DNA of 59,475 nucleotides, filler included, from an uncultured bacterium (GTDB lineage: Bacteria; UBP4; UBA4092), in assembly GCA_964644695.1 (NCBI GenBank). It is 3 parts of 3 records of this genome, joined end to end, with 100 filler letters (N's around TTAATTAATTAA, not from the genome) between each part and the next. Parts side by side here need not be neighbours in the genome. Positions count along the whole stretch, not along the records: positions 41,775 to 59,475 come from CAZXWN010000023.1; 2 more parts are not named here. One strand, written 5' to 3'. A model generated the notes under the pieces. It ran no database searches, had not been told where the DNA came from, and was given only the letters and a program-made list of their open reading frames with translations. The translations under genes and the position numbers were made by a program. Below are positions 50,801 through 59,475 of the stretch, one piece after another (positions within the stretch are counted from its first letter, which is position 1; each line of letters begins with the position of its first letter).

Positions 50801-51733
50801 TCAGGGTTTTATGGCAGCACTATTCCGGGTTTCAAAAGAAAGCTGATTAAGGGCGGCAATCCGGTCTTCTATCGGGGGATGGGTACTGAAAAGTTTGTTC
50901 AACATCCCGCCATGTTCCAGCAGGGGATTCACAATGTACAGATGAGCAGTGGCTTTGTTGGCTGCTTCCAGAGGTTCGGTATCTTCGGATAGTTTTTTAA
51001 GCGCATCGGATAACCCTTTGGGATACCGCGTCAGGAGTGCACCATCGGCATCCGCCAGAAACTCACGGCGGCGGGATATGGCCAGATGGATCATCTGGGC
51101 AACGATGGGAGCCAAAATAGCGAGGACTAATCCAATCACCATGATAATGAGTTGAAGCTGTCCTCCACCTTCGGAACGCTCAGAGTTTCGGCGGCGGCCC
51201 AAAAAGGCGGAACGGATGAAAAAGTCTGCCAGTAATGCGAGGGCACCCACCATCACCACCGTAATGGTCATCAACAGGGTATCGTAATTTTTGATATGAG
51301 ACATTTCATGGGCAACGACCCCCTCCAGTTCCTGACGGGTGAGTTTTTCCATCAGGCCTGTTGTGACACAAATGACAGCATTCTGGGGATTCCGGCCGGT
51401 GGCAAAGGCATTGGGGGCAGAATCGTCAATGACATAAATTCGGGGTTTGGGGAGGCCGGCCGCGATAGCGATCCCTTCCACAATGTTATCGAGCATCCGG
51501 TCTTCCTCATGAGTGGCGGGGCGAGCTTGAGACATACCCAGGACTATTTTGTCCGAATAATAATAACTGCCCCAAGTCATAACAAAAGACACTAATAAAG
51601 CAAGGGGCAGGGCTATCTCACCCCACCCCATTGCGATGGATATCAAATACATGGCGGCCACAACAAAGACTACGAAAAAAGTGACAATGATTCGAGTCTT
51701 CCACTGGTTGGACCGAATAACATCTCTTATCAT
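50801..51733 (-). CDS. htpX: Zn metalloprotease HtpX (M48)
   Basis: PNAFATGRNP, AHEMSH, SRRREFLADA, FSTHPP. Confidence 0.92.
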   Translation of the reverse strand: MIRDVIRSNQWKTRIIVTFFVVFVVAAMYLISIAMGWGEIALPLALLVSFVMTWGSYYYSDKIVLGMSQARPATHEEDRMLDNIVEGIAIAAGLPKPRIYVIDDSAPNAFATGRNPQNAVICVTTGLMEKLTRQELEGVVAHEMSHIKNYDTLLMTITVVMVGALALLADFFIRSAFLGRRRNSERSEGGGQLQLIIMVIGLVLAILAPIVAQMIHLAISRRREFLADADGALLTRYPKGLSDALKKLSEDTEPLEAANKATAHLYIVNPLLEHGGMLNKLFSTHPPIEDRIAALNQLSFETRNSAAIKP

Positions 51734-51751
51734 ATAGGTTTCAAATACCCG

Positions 51752-52336
51752 TTATTTGGTGAAACTGACCTTGACCGGTTCACGAGCAGCCGCTTCTGTG
51801 ACCTCGAAGAACTTCCGGGCAGAATGGCCAAACATTCCGGCGAAAATATTAGCCGGGAAAGACTGCTGATAGGTGTTGTACTGCATGACCGAGTCATTGT
51901 AATACTGACGGGCATAGGAAATTTTGCCTTCTGTTCCAGTCAGTTCTTCCTGAAGTGCCAGGAAATTCTGGTTGGCTTTCAGGTCTGGGTATGCTTCAGA
52001 AACAGCAAACAGGGATTTTAATGCACCCGTCAGGAAGTTCTGTGCTTCTGCCTGTTTAGTTACATCATTTCCGGCACTGGATATCATGGCGCGGGCTTGA
52101 GTCACCTTTTCGAAAGTTTCCCGTTCGTGAGACGCATATCCTTTAACCGTTTCTACCAGGTTCGGAATCAAATCGAATCTTCGGCGCAACTGAACATCAA
52201 TCTGGGACCATCCCTCATCGCACTGGTTCCGATACCGGACCAGTTTGTTGTAAATCACGATGGCAAATAGTAACCCGAGAATGATGATACCTAACAAGAT
52301 GAGTAATACAATACCTGAACCAATTAATGGAAACAA
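51752..52336 (-). CDS. lemA: LemA family protein
   Basis: IDVQLRRRFDLIPNLVETVKGYASHE, EAYPDLKANQNF; paired with htpX. Confidence 0.95.
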   Translation of the reverse strand: MFPLIGSGIVLLILLGIIILGLLFAIVIYNKLVRYRNQCDEGWSQIDVQLRRRFDLIPNLVETVKGYASHERETFEKVTQARAMISSAGNDVTKQAEAQNFLTGALKSLFAVSEAYPDLKANQNFLALQEELTGTEGKISYARQYYNDSVMQYNTYQQSFPANIFAGMFGHSARKFFEVTEAAAREPVKVSFTK

Positions 52337-52445
52337 TATATATCCCTCCTCTAATTTTTGAGCTCTATCATACAGGCCTCATTATAATACACTGTTGACC
52401 TGGATGCGAGTTTACATAGGGCCTTAAAATTACCAGTGCATCATT

Positions 52446-53450
52446 CTAATCGGCTATCGTGACACAGTTTCGGCCATTTCTCTGGGCCTTGAGCAGAGCC
52501 AGATGAACCCGGTTCATCAGACTTATCAAGTCATAATCATCTGCTTCCGGAGTGTTGCCGGCGGTGCAGATTCCGGCAGACAGTGTCACATGGTCTCCCT
52601 CGGCAAAAGCTTTATTAGCGACCGTTTGTAAAATCTGGTTAGCATGATAGGTTGTTTCTTCCAGGCTGCGGTGGGGGAGGCAGACAATAAATTCATCGGT
52701 GCCATGCCGGCCAATCATGGCCACAGCCGGTAATTCTTTCCGCATGATCAAAATGATTTCTTTGAACAGGTCATCACCGGCTTGTGCCCCATTGATTTCC
52801 CGGTAACTCTTATAATGGTCAATATCAAATAAAACCAAACTGATGGGAAAATGAAATTCTTTGGCCTGCTTCACTTCATCCGCCAGATGTTCCCTGAAGG
52901 CGTCATAAGTGAATATGCCGCATTTTTCGTCCAGGGGAGTCAGTTTCCGCGCCATAATCGTGAGCCGTTCTTTTTGAACAGCCATTCCCACCATGTGTCC
53001 CAGAATACCGAACAGCTGGCGGTCTGTGGCGGAGAAATGTTCCGGTTCAGGACTGCATGCATACAATATCCCGATGGAGTTTTGGGCGTAACAGACGGGG
53101 GCCAGCATCACCGAACTGTAATCATGTTCCAGTTTCAGGTCCTGGTAAAACTCGGAATCCATCGGAACATGAGCGGACATGAAGGGTCTTTGAGTCCGAA
53201 CTACTTCGACCATGATGTCACTTCCGAGGGGACGACGATATTCCTTCATAAAGAGGTGACTGATCCCGCGGGATATTCGAATCCGTAAATCTTCGGTATG
53301 CTCATCCATCATCAAAACAGCGACACTGGAACAATTGAACATTTCCCGGGCCACTTCAATGACCTGGCTGGCCGCTTCTTCATTTCGGATGGACTGATTT
53401 AGTATTTCAACCAGTTTTGATAGATGATTGATTTGTTCATTCAGCTGCAT
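52446..53450 (-). CDS. GAF plus degenerate GGDEF domain protein
   Basis: GAF domain then FDIDHYK..N...G, RHGTDEF, VTLSAGI, GRNCV; ATG 53450 after GGAGG. Confidence 0.85.
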   Translation of the reverse strand: MQLNEQINHLSKLVEILNQSIRNEEAASQVIEVAREMFNCSSVAVLMMDEHTEDLRIRISRGISHLFMKEYRRPLGSDIMVEVVRTQRPFMSAHVPMDSEFYQDLKLEHDYSSVMLAPVCYAQNSIGILYACSPEPEHFSATDRQLFGILGHMVGMAVQKERLTIMARKLTPLDEKCGIFTYDAFREHLADEVKQAKEFHFPISLVLFDIDHYKSYREINGAQAGDDLFKEIILIMRKELPAVAMIGRHGTDEFIVCLPHRSLEETTYHANQILQTVANKAFAEGDHVTLSAGICTAGNTPEADDYDLISLMNRVHLALLKAQRNGRNCVTIAD

Positions 53451-53551
53451 AATCCATCCTCCCTTTGCCTCATTGTAACACTGGAAACCGAGGTTATCCA
53501 TAGTTTATATCAGGTCTTTTTTTATGGAAACTTTTTTCTTCCACATTCCTG

Positions 53552-53597
53552 ACGAAGGAGTTACGGAGCAGCTCCGAGCTGGTCCGTGGATGAGTCG
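53552..53597 (+). repeat. Dispersed 46-nt hairpin element, copy 2
   Basis: 35/46 ungapped identity to the reverse complement of 33319-33364. Confidence 0.6.
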
Positions 53598-53736
53598 TTT
53601 TAACGGGGCCTTTGGCAGGGAGGTTTGGAGTGAATTTTTAATGAAAAAACATCTCATGATATGATGATTTTCGGTATTGGGATTTAATCCAGACGATGAT
53701 ATTTGAATCTTTATTGATATATAAGAGGATGGGGTT

Positions 53737-54669
53737 ATGTCGGAGAATTTGAAACGGGTAGGGACTGAGCATGGGGATAAAATCAAAATATTACCCATTC
53801 ACAGGCTTACGGATGTGAAAAACGACCTGGAAACTTTCAGTCAGTCAGAATCGTTGAATGGTTTTCAGAAATATATCTTAAGTGATATTTACCAGACCAC
53901 CCTTCCGGAAGTGGATTTCACAATCCAATCTATTATTTTGGCAGCTTCACCTTTTCCCGCGTATGGAAAAGCCGTTTTTCACTGGCAGGGCGAAAAAGTT
54001 ACCCTGACCAGTCCGGCACGAGCCTATCCGGGGAAGTTGAATCCTCTGGAATCAACAAAACAATATTTGACGGAGTTGTGCACCCCCCGCGGGTATCATT
54101 TACACCTGGCCATGAAATTACCCTTAAAACGGTTGGCGGTGTCCAGTGGGTTGGCGAAATATGGGCGGAATAATATTTGTTATGTTGAGGGAATGGGGAG
54201 TTTCTTTGCCTTAGTTGCTTATTTATCGGATATCCCGAGTGTAGATAATGACTGGAATGAAGTAAGCAGGATGGAGAGTTGTGATGGGTGTACGGCCTGC
54301 CTGAACAACTGTCCCACCGGAGCCATATTAAAAGACAGATTCCTCATTAATAATGAACGATGCCTGTCTTCCGTCAATGAAATGCCGGGGGAGTTCCCCG
54401 AATGGGTACCCGTCTCGGCGCATCACAGTCTGTATGACTGTTTCAAATGTCAGAATATTTGTCCACAGAACAAGCCATATATGAGTAATACCATAGGACC
54501 AATTGAGTTTAATGAAACGGAAACAGAGATGTTATTGTCTGGGACTCCGATGGAGGAATTTCCGGAGGACATGGTCGGTAAGGTGAAAATCCTGGGATTA
54601 CATACCTGGATCAAGGCGATCCCGCGGAATTTACGGATTTTACTGGAAACCAAAGGCCAGCCGCAATAA
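53737..54669 (+). CDS. QueG-like 4Fe-4S (epoxyqueuosine reductase-like) protein
   Basis: LKRLAVSSGLAKYGRNN, CDGCTACLNNCPTGA, C..CQNICP. Confidence 0.75.
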   Translation: MSENLKRVGTEHGDKIKILPIHRLTDVKNDLETFSQSESLNGFQKYILSDIYQTTLPEVDFTIQSIILAASPFPAYGKAVFHWQGEKVTLTSPARAYPGKLNPLESTKQYLTELCTPRGYHLHLAMKLPLKRLAVSSGLAKYGRNNICYVEGMGSFFALVAYLSDIPSVDNDWNEVSRMESCDGCTACLNNCPTGAILKDRFLINNERCLSSVNEMPGEFPEWVPVSAHHSLYDCFKCQNICPQNKPYMSNTIGPIEFNETETEMLLSGTPMEEFPEDMVGKVKILGLHTWIKAIPRNLRILLETKGQPQ

Positions 54670-54785
54670 ACAGGCGTCAGTTGGGATGTTTGGGGAGACA
54701 AATCGGTCATCCAAACCCGTTTCGGTATAATATATATAAAGAGATACAAGTACTTCCTTCCTAAAATCGCCTGATATTCACCCGT

Positions 54786-55138
54786 GGGGGTGAAAGGGTT
54801 CGACAGGCTGAGGCAGGATACGGAAGCAGGCGGAGTTACGCTGACTCCTAAAAAAGGCGAACACTGTATAACTGCCAATAACGATTTGGCACTCGCTGCC
54901 TAATTAAAGGGTAGCGTGCGTTACCTCGGCCGGCCGGCGGGCGGGGGATAACGCATCATCTTCAGCCGGATCGCCCAAATCCCCGTGAACCGGGAGGCGG
55001 GTTAAACCTTAGGTTCGCTGGTTCTGCCCGGGACGCCAATCGGACCGGTCGGGACGAGACAACCCCGATTGGCTAAGCCTGTAGCGTCCGGTCTGGGTTT
55101 CAGTTTGGACCCGGGTTCAATTCCCGGCACCTCCACCA
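54786..55138 (+). ncRNA. ssrA: tmRNA, tag peptide (A)ANNDLALAA
   Basis: 5' GGGGGTGAAAGGGTTCGAC; 3' GGGTTCAATTCCCGGCACCTCCACCA; G3-U acceptor pair; ATAACT then tag ORF 54874-54903. Confidence 0.97.
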
Positions 55139-55178
55139 TTATTTGTTAAACTTCTTGATGTGGGTATATTTTATAGAG

Positions 55179-58100
55179 TTATGTGATTTTAATATTCTTA
55201 TTTGGGTAAATAAATGATCTAAGCGAACCATGTATTTTATCGTTTACTAACTGATAAACTCCTGATAATTCGAGCCACTCGGAAAGCTTAATTTTAGTGA
55301 GAAAATTGCCATTGATTTGCTTTTCTCCTAATATTACCCAAAATATACTTAGATTATTTTCTTGCAAAAACTTGCTTAATTCATCTTTTCTCATTATTAA
55401 ATAAGGACTATTTCTTTTATCGACAGACGGATCAAAACAAACAATAGAACCTTGATTGTTTAGCCATATTCCAGGATTTTGGAAGTATTGTAAGTTCATT
55501 TTGGTATAAATAAATTCTCTAGGAGCAAGATATGATAGGTTATCTCCAGAACCGGTCTCCCATAAATATCCCTCAGCAGTTGGTAAAACTTTACCAATAA
55601 CTTGGTTGTTGTTGCCAGGATCCTTTACCTCCTGCCAAAGCTCTCTTCCATAATAGGGATCATTAAAAAAACGATATGCCGGTGACCAATAATATTCTCG
55701 GCTAAATATTTGATACAGAGAAGAACGTTCTTCAGGAAACCAGCCCCCCATAAAATGTTGGTTATTTGCCCACTCAATTAGTTGGTTCGCTTCATCATTA
55801 CTGACCAGATAGCTTCTGATTTGATACCAAATGCATTTATGAGGATATCTGTATTTATCTTCACCTATGGGAACAGGTTCTTCCCAATCAAGATGTTTTT
55901 CCAAAATTACCCACTCACTATCAGATATTGAAATTATTTTTTCAGGATCTGGTAGTTTCTCTGAACTGACCAACCAATCATTATGATTACCACCCCAATC
56001 ACTATATTCAACCTTATCCCAGCATTTTTCTTGGACAAAAGGAGCCCTAGGCGGAAGGGATGTAGGATCAATATTTCTTACAAAGGGGTCCCATGGGCCT
56101 TGGAACCATCTATATTCTTGCTCGTCTCCACACCTGTCATGCATTTTATAATTGTCAGATATTCGAGCAAGAATCTCATACAATGCAATCCACTGATATT
56201 TCTTTCCAATTCTTTCTTTCGAGTTGATGTGTCTATTCCCCTCGCTTGAATGGATATCAAATTGACCATGCTTTTCGACATCATATTTATATTTTTCAAA
56301 GATTAATTTGCACGCATAGTTGCTTAAATCATTTGGATCAAATTGATCCCAATTACGCAGAGCACTTTGAAAAGTATAGCGGCCAAAGTCGCCATAGTTG
56401 CACCTACCTCGTCCATATTCAGTTACCATTGAACTTAAAATAGAATTCTGCCCCTGATAATATTCTTTAAATGATTCTGAATCATATTCATATTTATAAG
56501 CGTCAATTTCTTTATTGCTTGGAAACGTTGTTGGCCAGCTGCTTTTATATGGAGGACGGATTATTTCTGGATTATCTAACAGAAAGATTTCTTTATATAT
56601 TGCGTATTCAACTATGTTCCTGGCATAGTCTCTTACCAAAATATTTGGATATACTTCATTTTGTTTAAAAATTCTGTCAATGATATGTTGGGAGAGTTTT
56701 TCTATTCCATCTAATTTCTCTGAATTTAGGACTGCTCCATATGCTGCAGCAAGGATGCGTTCATAAATATATGGGTCAATGACCTTATCAAACTCAGATA
56801 ATAACTCTGTAATAGTGTTGATATGATTTACTAATAGCATTGTTAAAGCTTGGGTTGCAGAATCTCTTAATGGAATATTGGTGCTCGAAAATATCCAAGC
56901 TATAGCTTTACTTGCTAAAAGTCGGGATTCATCTTGCAAGTAACTTTTATCATCATTTGATAGTGCCCAATTGATTGTCCTTTGTATTGCATCGTCTTCG
57001 TAGTCTTTGTCGTGAAGATACGTTGTCCAATTTTTATCTAAATCTGCTAACGAAAACTGGGTGAGAAAGTTATGTAACCAATTTGCATTATATGGATGTT
57101 TTGGATCAGAAGATACTGAGTAAACTATCTGTAAAAAAAGGTCAAATGTGTAACTATTTCTTAAAATATAGTTATTGATATACTCAAGGGTTTTCTTATT
57201 TATTGTTTCTGGTTTTCTCCAGATCAAGCTATTGATGAATGCTTCAATAACTTGCAGTTTAGCTTTCTTTTCGTCACTAAGAAATTCGTACAGTTCTTTA
57301 CCAGTCCTTTCAGGTATTTGAATTGATAGTGATTCTAAAATACCTTGATTAGAACCGTGATTATCAATGCATTTGATCAAAGATTCTTCAGTGAGATCAA
57401 TCGTATCTAACAAGTAAGTTGTGGTGAGGTGATCATCAAATCTTTCATATGCCAGATGAACAACTGTTGCATCTTTATTTTCCAACGAATATTGATTTTT
57501 AGATAAAATACCTTCTGAGATAAGGGCGTCAAGAAAAAGGTGCTTATTGCTGAAGTTTGGAAGTGCCTTATCGGCAATTTCAAAGGCCATATCGTAAGGA
57601 ATAAAGGTGCTTTTCTTGGTTATCTTATATTTTATAAGTTCATTGACTACTTTCCGAACAAGATTAAGATCTACTGAATAATCGCAGTAAGATGGAGATG
57701 AGAGTTTTTTATTAACACTATCTAAGAAGAAATTAATGATATTGGTTATACCTCTATAGCCTTTAGAGATTCGAGTTATTCCAGCTCGATTCAATCCTTC
57801 ACAAAGCAATTTTAAAAATAAAGGGTTACTGAATTCTGGGTGAAGTAGGGGGATGCTGGGTTGTTCAATGCCATATTTCGTGAGGAACAACGTGAATGCT
57901 TTATATTTAACATTACTAAAACCAGGATGGGTTACTTTTATGGCCACATTTGAGGAAATCAAGTCTTCTGGAATAAGAGATTTTTCATATAAGGACCGAA
58001 TACTTAACACAAGACCAATCCAAGGGAATTTTGAACAATCGTTAATAAACCCTCTTATGTGATCAGGCCAAAAAAAACGTCCTTGCCCTTCATTGATTGC

Positions 58101-59357
58101 ATCAATTAAAAGCAAAATTCTTTCTCTCTGAGATTCTGCTTTGGCACTCAATGCCCCCAATAACTCTTTTTCATTACAATTAATCCTGAGTAAGTTATTG
58201 GTGATTTGCGTCCAAGGAGCTTCTTCTGAAGAAAAATGCTGTCCCAAAAGAAGTATGCAAGATTTTTTGGTATTAATGATGTTTTCGCTAATATCAGCGA
58301 GAAGATGTGACTTTCCTATACCAGCAGGTCCCAGAAGTAACATGATTGGTCGGTTTGCTAATGAACATGTAGGACTCTCAATAAAGTTTAAAAACTCATG
58401 TAATGTACGCATGGATTCATGTATTAAATATTCTGGATAATTAAGGTCCTCCTTCTTTTCTATAAGAGTATCTTTACACTGAGATAGAGTCTCTTCACAT
58501 TGAAATAATGCCTCATTAATCAAAACGGCATTTTTCTTAATGTGGTCAAAATCAATCATAAGCAATTCTGTTTTTTGTGATAACTCAAAGCATATCTCCA
58601 TATTATTTAATGCCGTATTAATGTGACTAATTATGCTTTGAAATTGTTGGTATCCTGATAAATTGTTTGCTAATTTATGGATTATTGTTAAAAACACATC
58701 GAAATGATTCTTAATGTTCTGACGAAAATTATCATTTCTACGCATAGCATCAAAGTGTTTTGATAGATCGAGATCTAAATTGAGCTCTGGAGTATAACGT
58801 TTACCTAAGTCCTTTTTGCTTCTCTCAACAATAGTCCGAAACCATTCATCCGAAAAGTCATGTTCAGAAAACCAGAACGATTTTCTGCCCGCATTCTTTT
58901 CCTGCGACAGGCGATAAATTAGTTCAAAGCTACCCCAATACTCAAACTCTATCTCTCGATTTTCCTCCTGTGCATATTTTGTCCATTCTTTTACTTTTAT
59001 GTTCCAACAATCCATAAACCACATCTCATTATCGATTCTTGGATCTTGTCTGTCTAAAGGAATGCAGATATAATACTTTTTTAGATTGGGATGTTTTTTA
59101 AGTGCAGTCTTAAAAGATTTGGTTAATTGACTCCACTGAGGACTTTGCATTGATGAAAAATATTTAGCTTGCCAACCATATTCATCACCATTATTTAGAA
59201 CACAATAAGCCTCTACTCCTCCATCTGGTGCTGCTATACGATAAAATTCTTTTCTATCTGCAATTGTTTCCTCTCTAGCCAATTGACATACAAGTTCCTC
59301 AAAAGCACTATTCTGAGAATTGTTTAACGGTTTTATAGAGTTCCAATTAATAGTCAT
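55179..59357 (-). CDS. Nuclease-STAND ATPase anti-phage protein, Avs2 (AVAST type 2)-like
   Basis: N-terminal FEELVCQL/DGGVE/GWQAKYF PD-(D/E)xK-like nuclease; Walker A GPAGIGKS, Walker B LLIDAINE, NPLFLKL; C-terminal ERIGKKYQWIA; 1392 aa; AT-rich. Confidence 0.78.
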   Translation of the reverse strand: MTINWNSIKPLNNSQNSAFEELVCQLAREETIADRKEFYRIAAPDGGVEAYCVLNNGDEYGWQAKYFSSMQSPQWSQLTKSFKTALKKHPNLKKYYICIPLDRQDPRIDNEMWFMDCWNIKVKEWTKYAQEENREIEFEYWGSFELIYRLSQEKNAGRKSFWFSEHDFSDEWFRTIVERSKKDLGKRYTPELNLDLDLSKHFDAMRRNDNFRQNIKNHFDVFLTIIHKLANNLSGYQQFQSIISHINTALNNMEICFELSQKTELLMIDFDHIKKNAVLINEALFQCEETLSQCKDTLIEKKEDLNYPEYLIHESMRTLHEFLNFIESPTCSLANRPIMLLLGPAGIGKSHLLADISENIINTKKSCILLLGQHFSSEEAPWTQITNNLLRINCNEKELLGALSAKAESQRERILLLIDAINEGQGRFFWPDHIRGFINDCSKFPWIGLVLSIRSLYEKSLIPEDLISSNVAIKVTHPGFSNVKYKAFTLFLTKYGIEQPSIPLLHPEFSNPLFLKLLCEGLNRAGITRISKGYRGITNIINFFLDSVNKKLSSPSYCDYSVDLNLVRKVVNELIKYKITKKSTFIPYDMAFEIADKALPNFSNKHLFLDALISEGILSKNQYSLENKDATVVHLAYERFDDHLTTTYLLDTIDLTEESLIKCIDNHGSNQGILESLSIQIPERTGKELYEFLSDEKKAKLQVIEAFINSLIWRKPETINKKTLEYINNYILRNSYTFDLFLQIVYSVSSDPKHPYNANWLHNFLTQFSLADLDKNWTTYLHDKDYEDDAIQRTINWALSNDDKSYLQDESRLLASKAIAWIFSSTNIPLRDSATQALTMLLVNHINTITELLSEFDKVIDPYIYERILAAAYGAVLNSEKLDGIEKLSQHIIDRIFKQNEVYPNILVRDYARNIVEYAIYKEIFLLDNPEIIRPPYKSSWPTTFPSNKEIDAYKYEYDSESFKEYYQGQNSILSSMVTEYGRGRCNYGDFGRYTFQSALRNWDQFDPNDLSNYACKLIFEKYKYDVEKHGQFDIHSSEGNRHINSKERIGKKYQWIALYEILARISDNYKMHDRCGDEQEYRWFQGPWDPFVRNIDPTSLPPRAPFVQEKCWDKVEYSDWGGNHNDWLVSSEKLPDPEKIISISDSEWVILEKHLDWEEPVPIGEDKYRYPHKCIWYQIRSYLVSNDEANQLIEWANNQHFMGGWFPEERSSLYQIFSREYYWSPAYRFFNDPYYGRELWQEVKDPGNNNQVIGKVLPTAEGYLWETGSGDNLSYLAPREFIYTKMNLQYFQNPGIWLNNQGSIVCFDPSVDKRNSPYLIMRKDELSKFLQENNLSIFWVILGEKQINGNFLTKIKLSEWLELSGVYQLVNDKIHGSLRSFIYPNKNIKIT

Positions 59358-59403
59358 TTCACTTCCTATTTTTTGATAAATGTATAATCCATTATTCTAA
59401 AAG

Positions 59404-59475
59404 CTACTCATGGAGATAGCCCCATGAGCCGATTTTCTCCAGCCGTTCACCCTGAATAGATTCAGGATAATTTTG
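59404..59475 (-). CDS. Probable 3' end of an upstream island gene (partial)
   Basis: Frame open from the window edge: QNYPESIQGERLEKIGSWGYLHE*, ending 46 nt before the Avs-like ATG on the same strand. Confidence 0.4.
   Translation of the reverse strand, partial: QNYPESIQGERLEKIGSWGYLHE

Noticed and set aside
54450-54878. 142-aa minus-strand ORF
   Set aside because: Antisense to the QueG-like gene and tmRNA; shadow ORF.
1-59475. CRISPR array, integron attC array, DGR/retron RT, prophage or transposase genes
   Set aside because: None seen by eye: no regularly spaced repeats and no RT, integrase, cas, capsid or transposase motifs in the ORF track.

Overview
Bacterial draft-genome window, diderm (LPS/lipid A genes), read with the standard genetic code. 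It is three contigs joined by artificial 100-bp N44-TTAATTAATTAA-N44 linkers at 21538-21637 and 41675-41774, so gene neighbourhoods across the linkers are not real. Segment 1 (1-21537): tuf 3' end, tRNA-Trp, secE-nusG-rplK-rplA (no rplJL/rpoBC), LPS genes, a dnaN without dnaA, an HK-RR-GGDEF/EAL triad, and a very large C25 (gingipain/PorU-like) peptidase cut by the gap. Segment 2 (21638-41674): mixed metabolic and envelope genes, a frameshifted secreted kelch-like gene, then rpsL-rpsG-fusA-tuf(5') behind a long hairpin-rich leader. Segment 3 (41775-59475): guaA, pgk, fumC, secreted proteins, htpX/lemA, tmRNA (tag ANNDLALAA) and, right after tmRNA, an AT-rich nuclease-STAND ATPase gene (Avs2-like anti-phage protein) in a probable island. 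Most interesting leads: short C-terminal tails on secreted proteins plus a PorU-like C25 peptidase (candidate sorting system), the ~300-nt structured rpsL leader, a dispersed 46-nt hairpin element, a frameshift repairable by one GAATG unit, and the tmRNA-linked defence island. Family assignments come from motif recognition by eye; no database searches were run.
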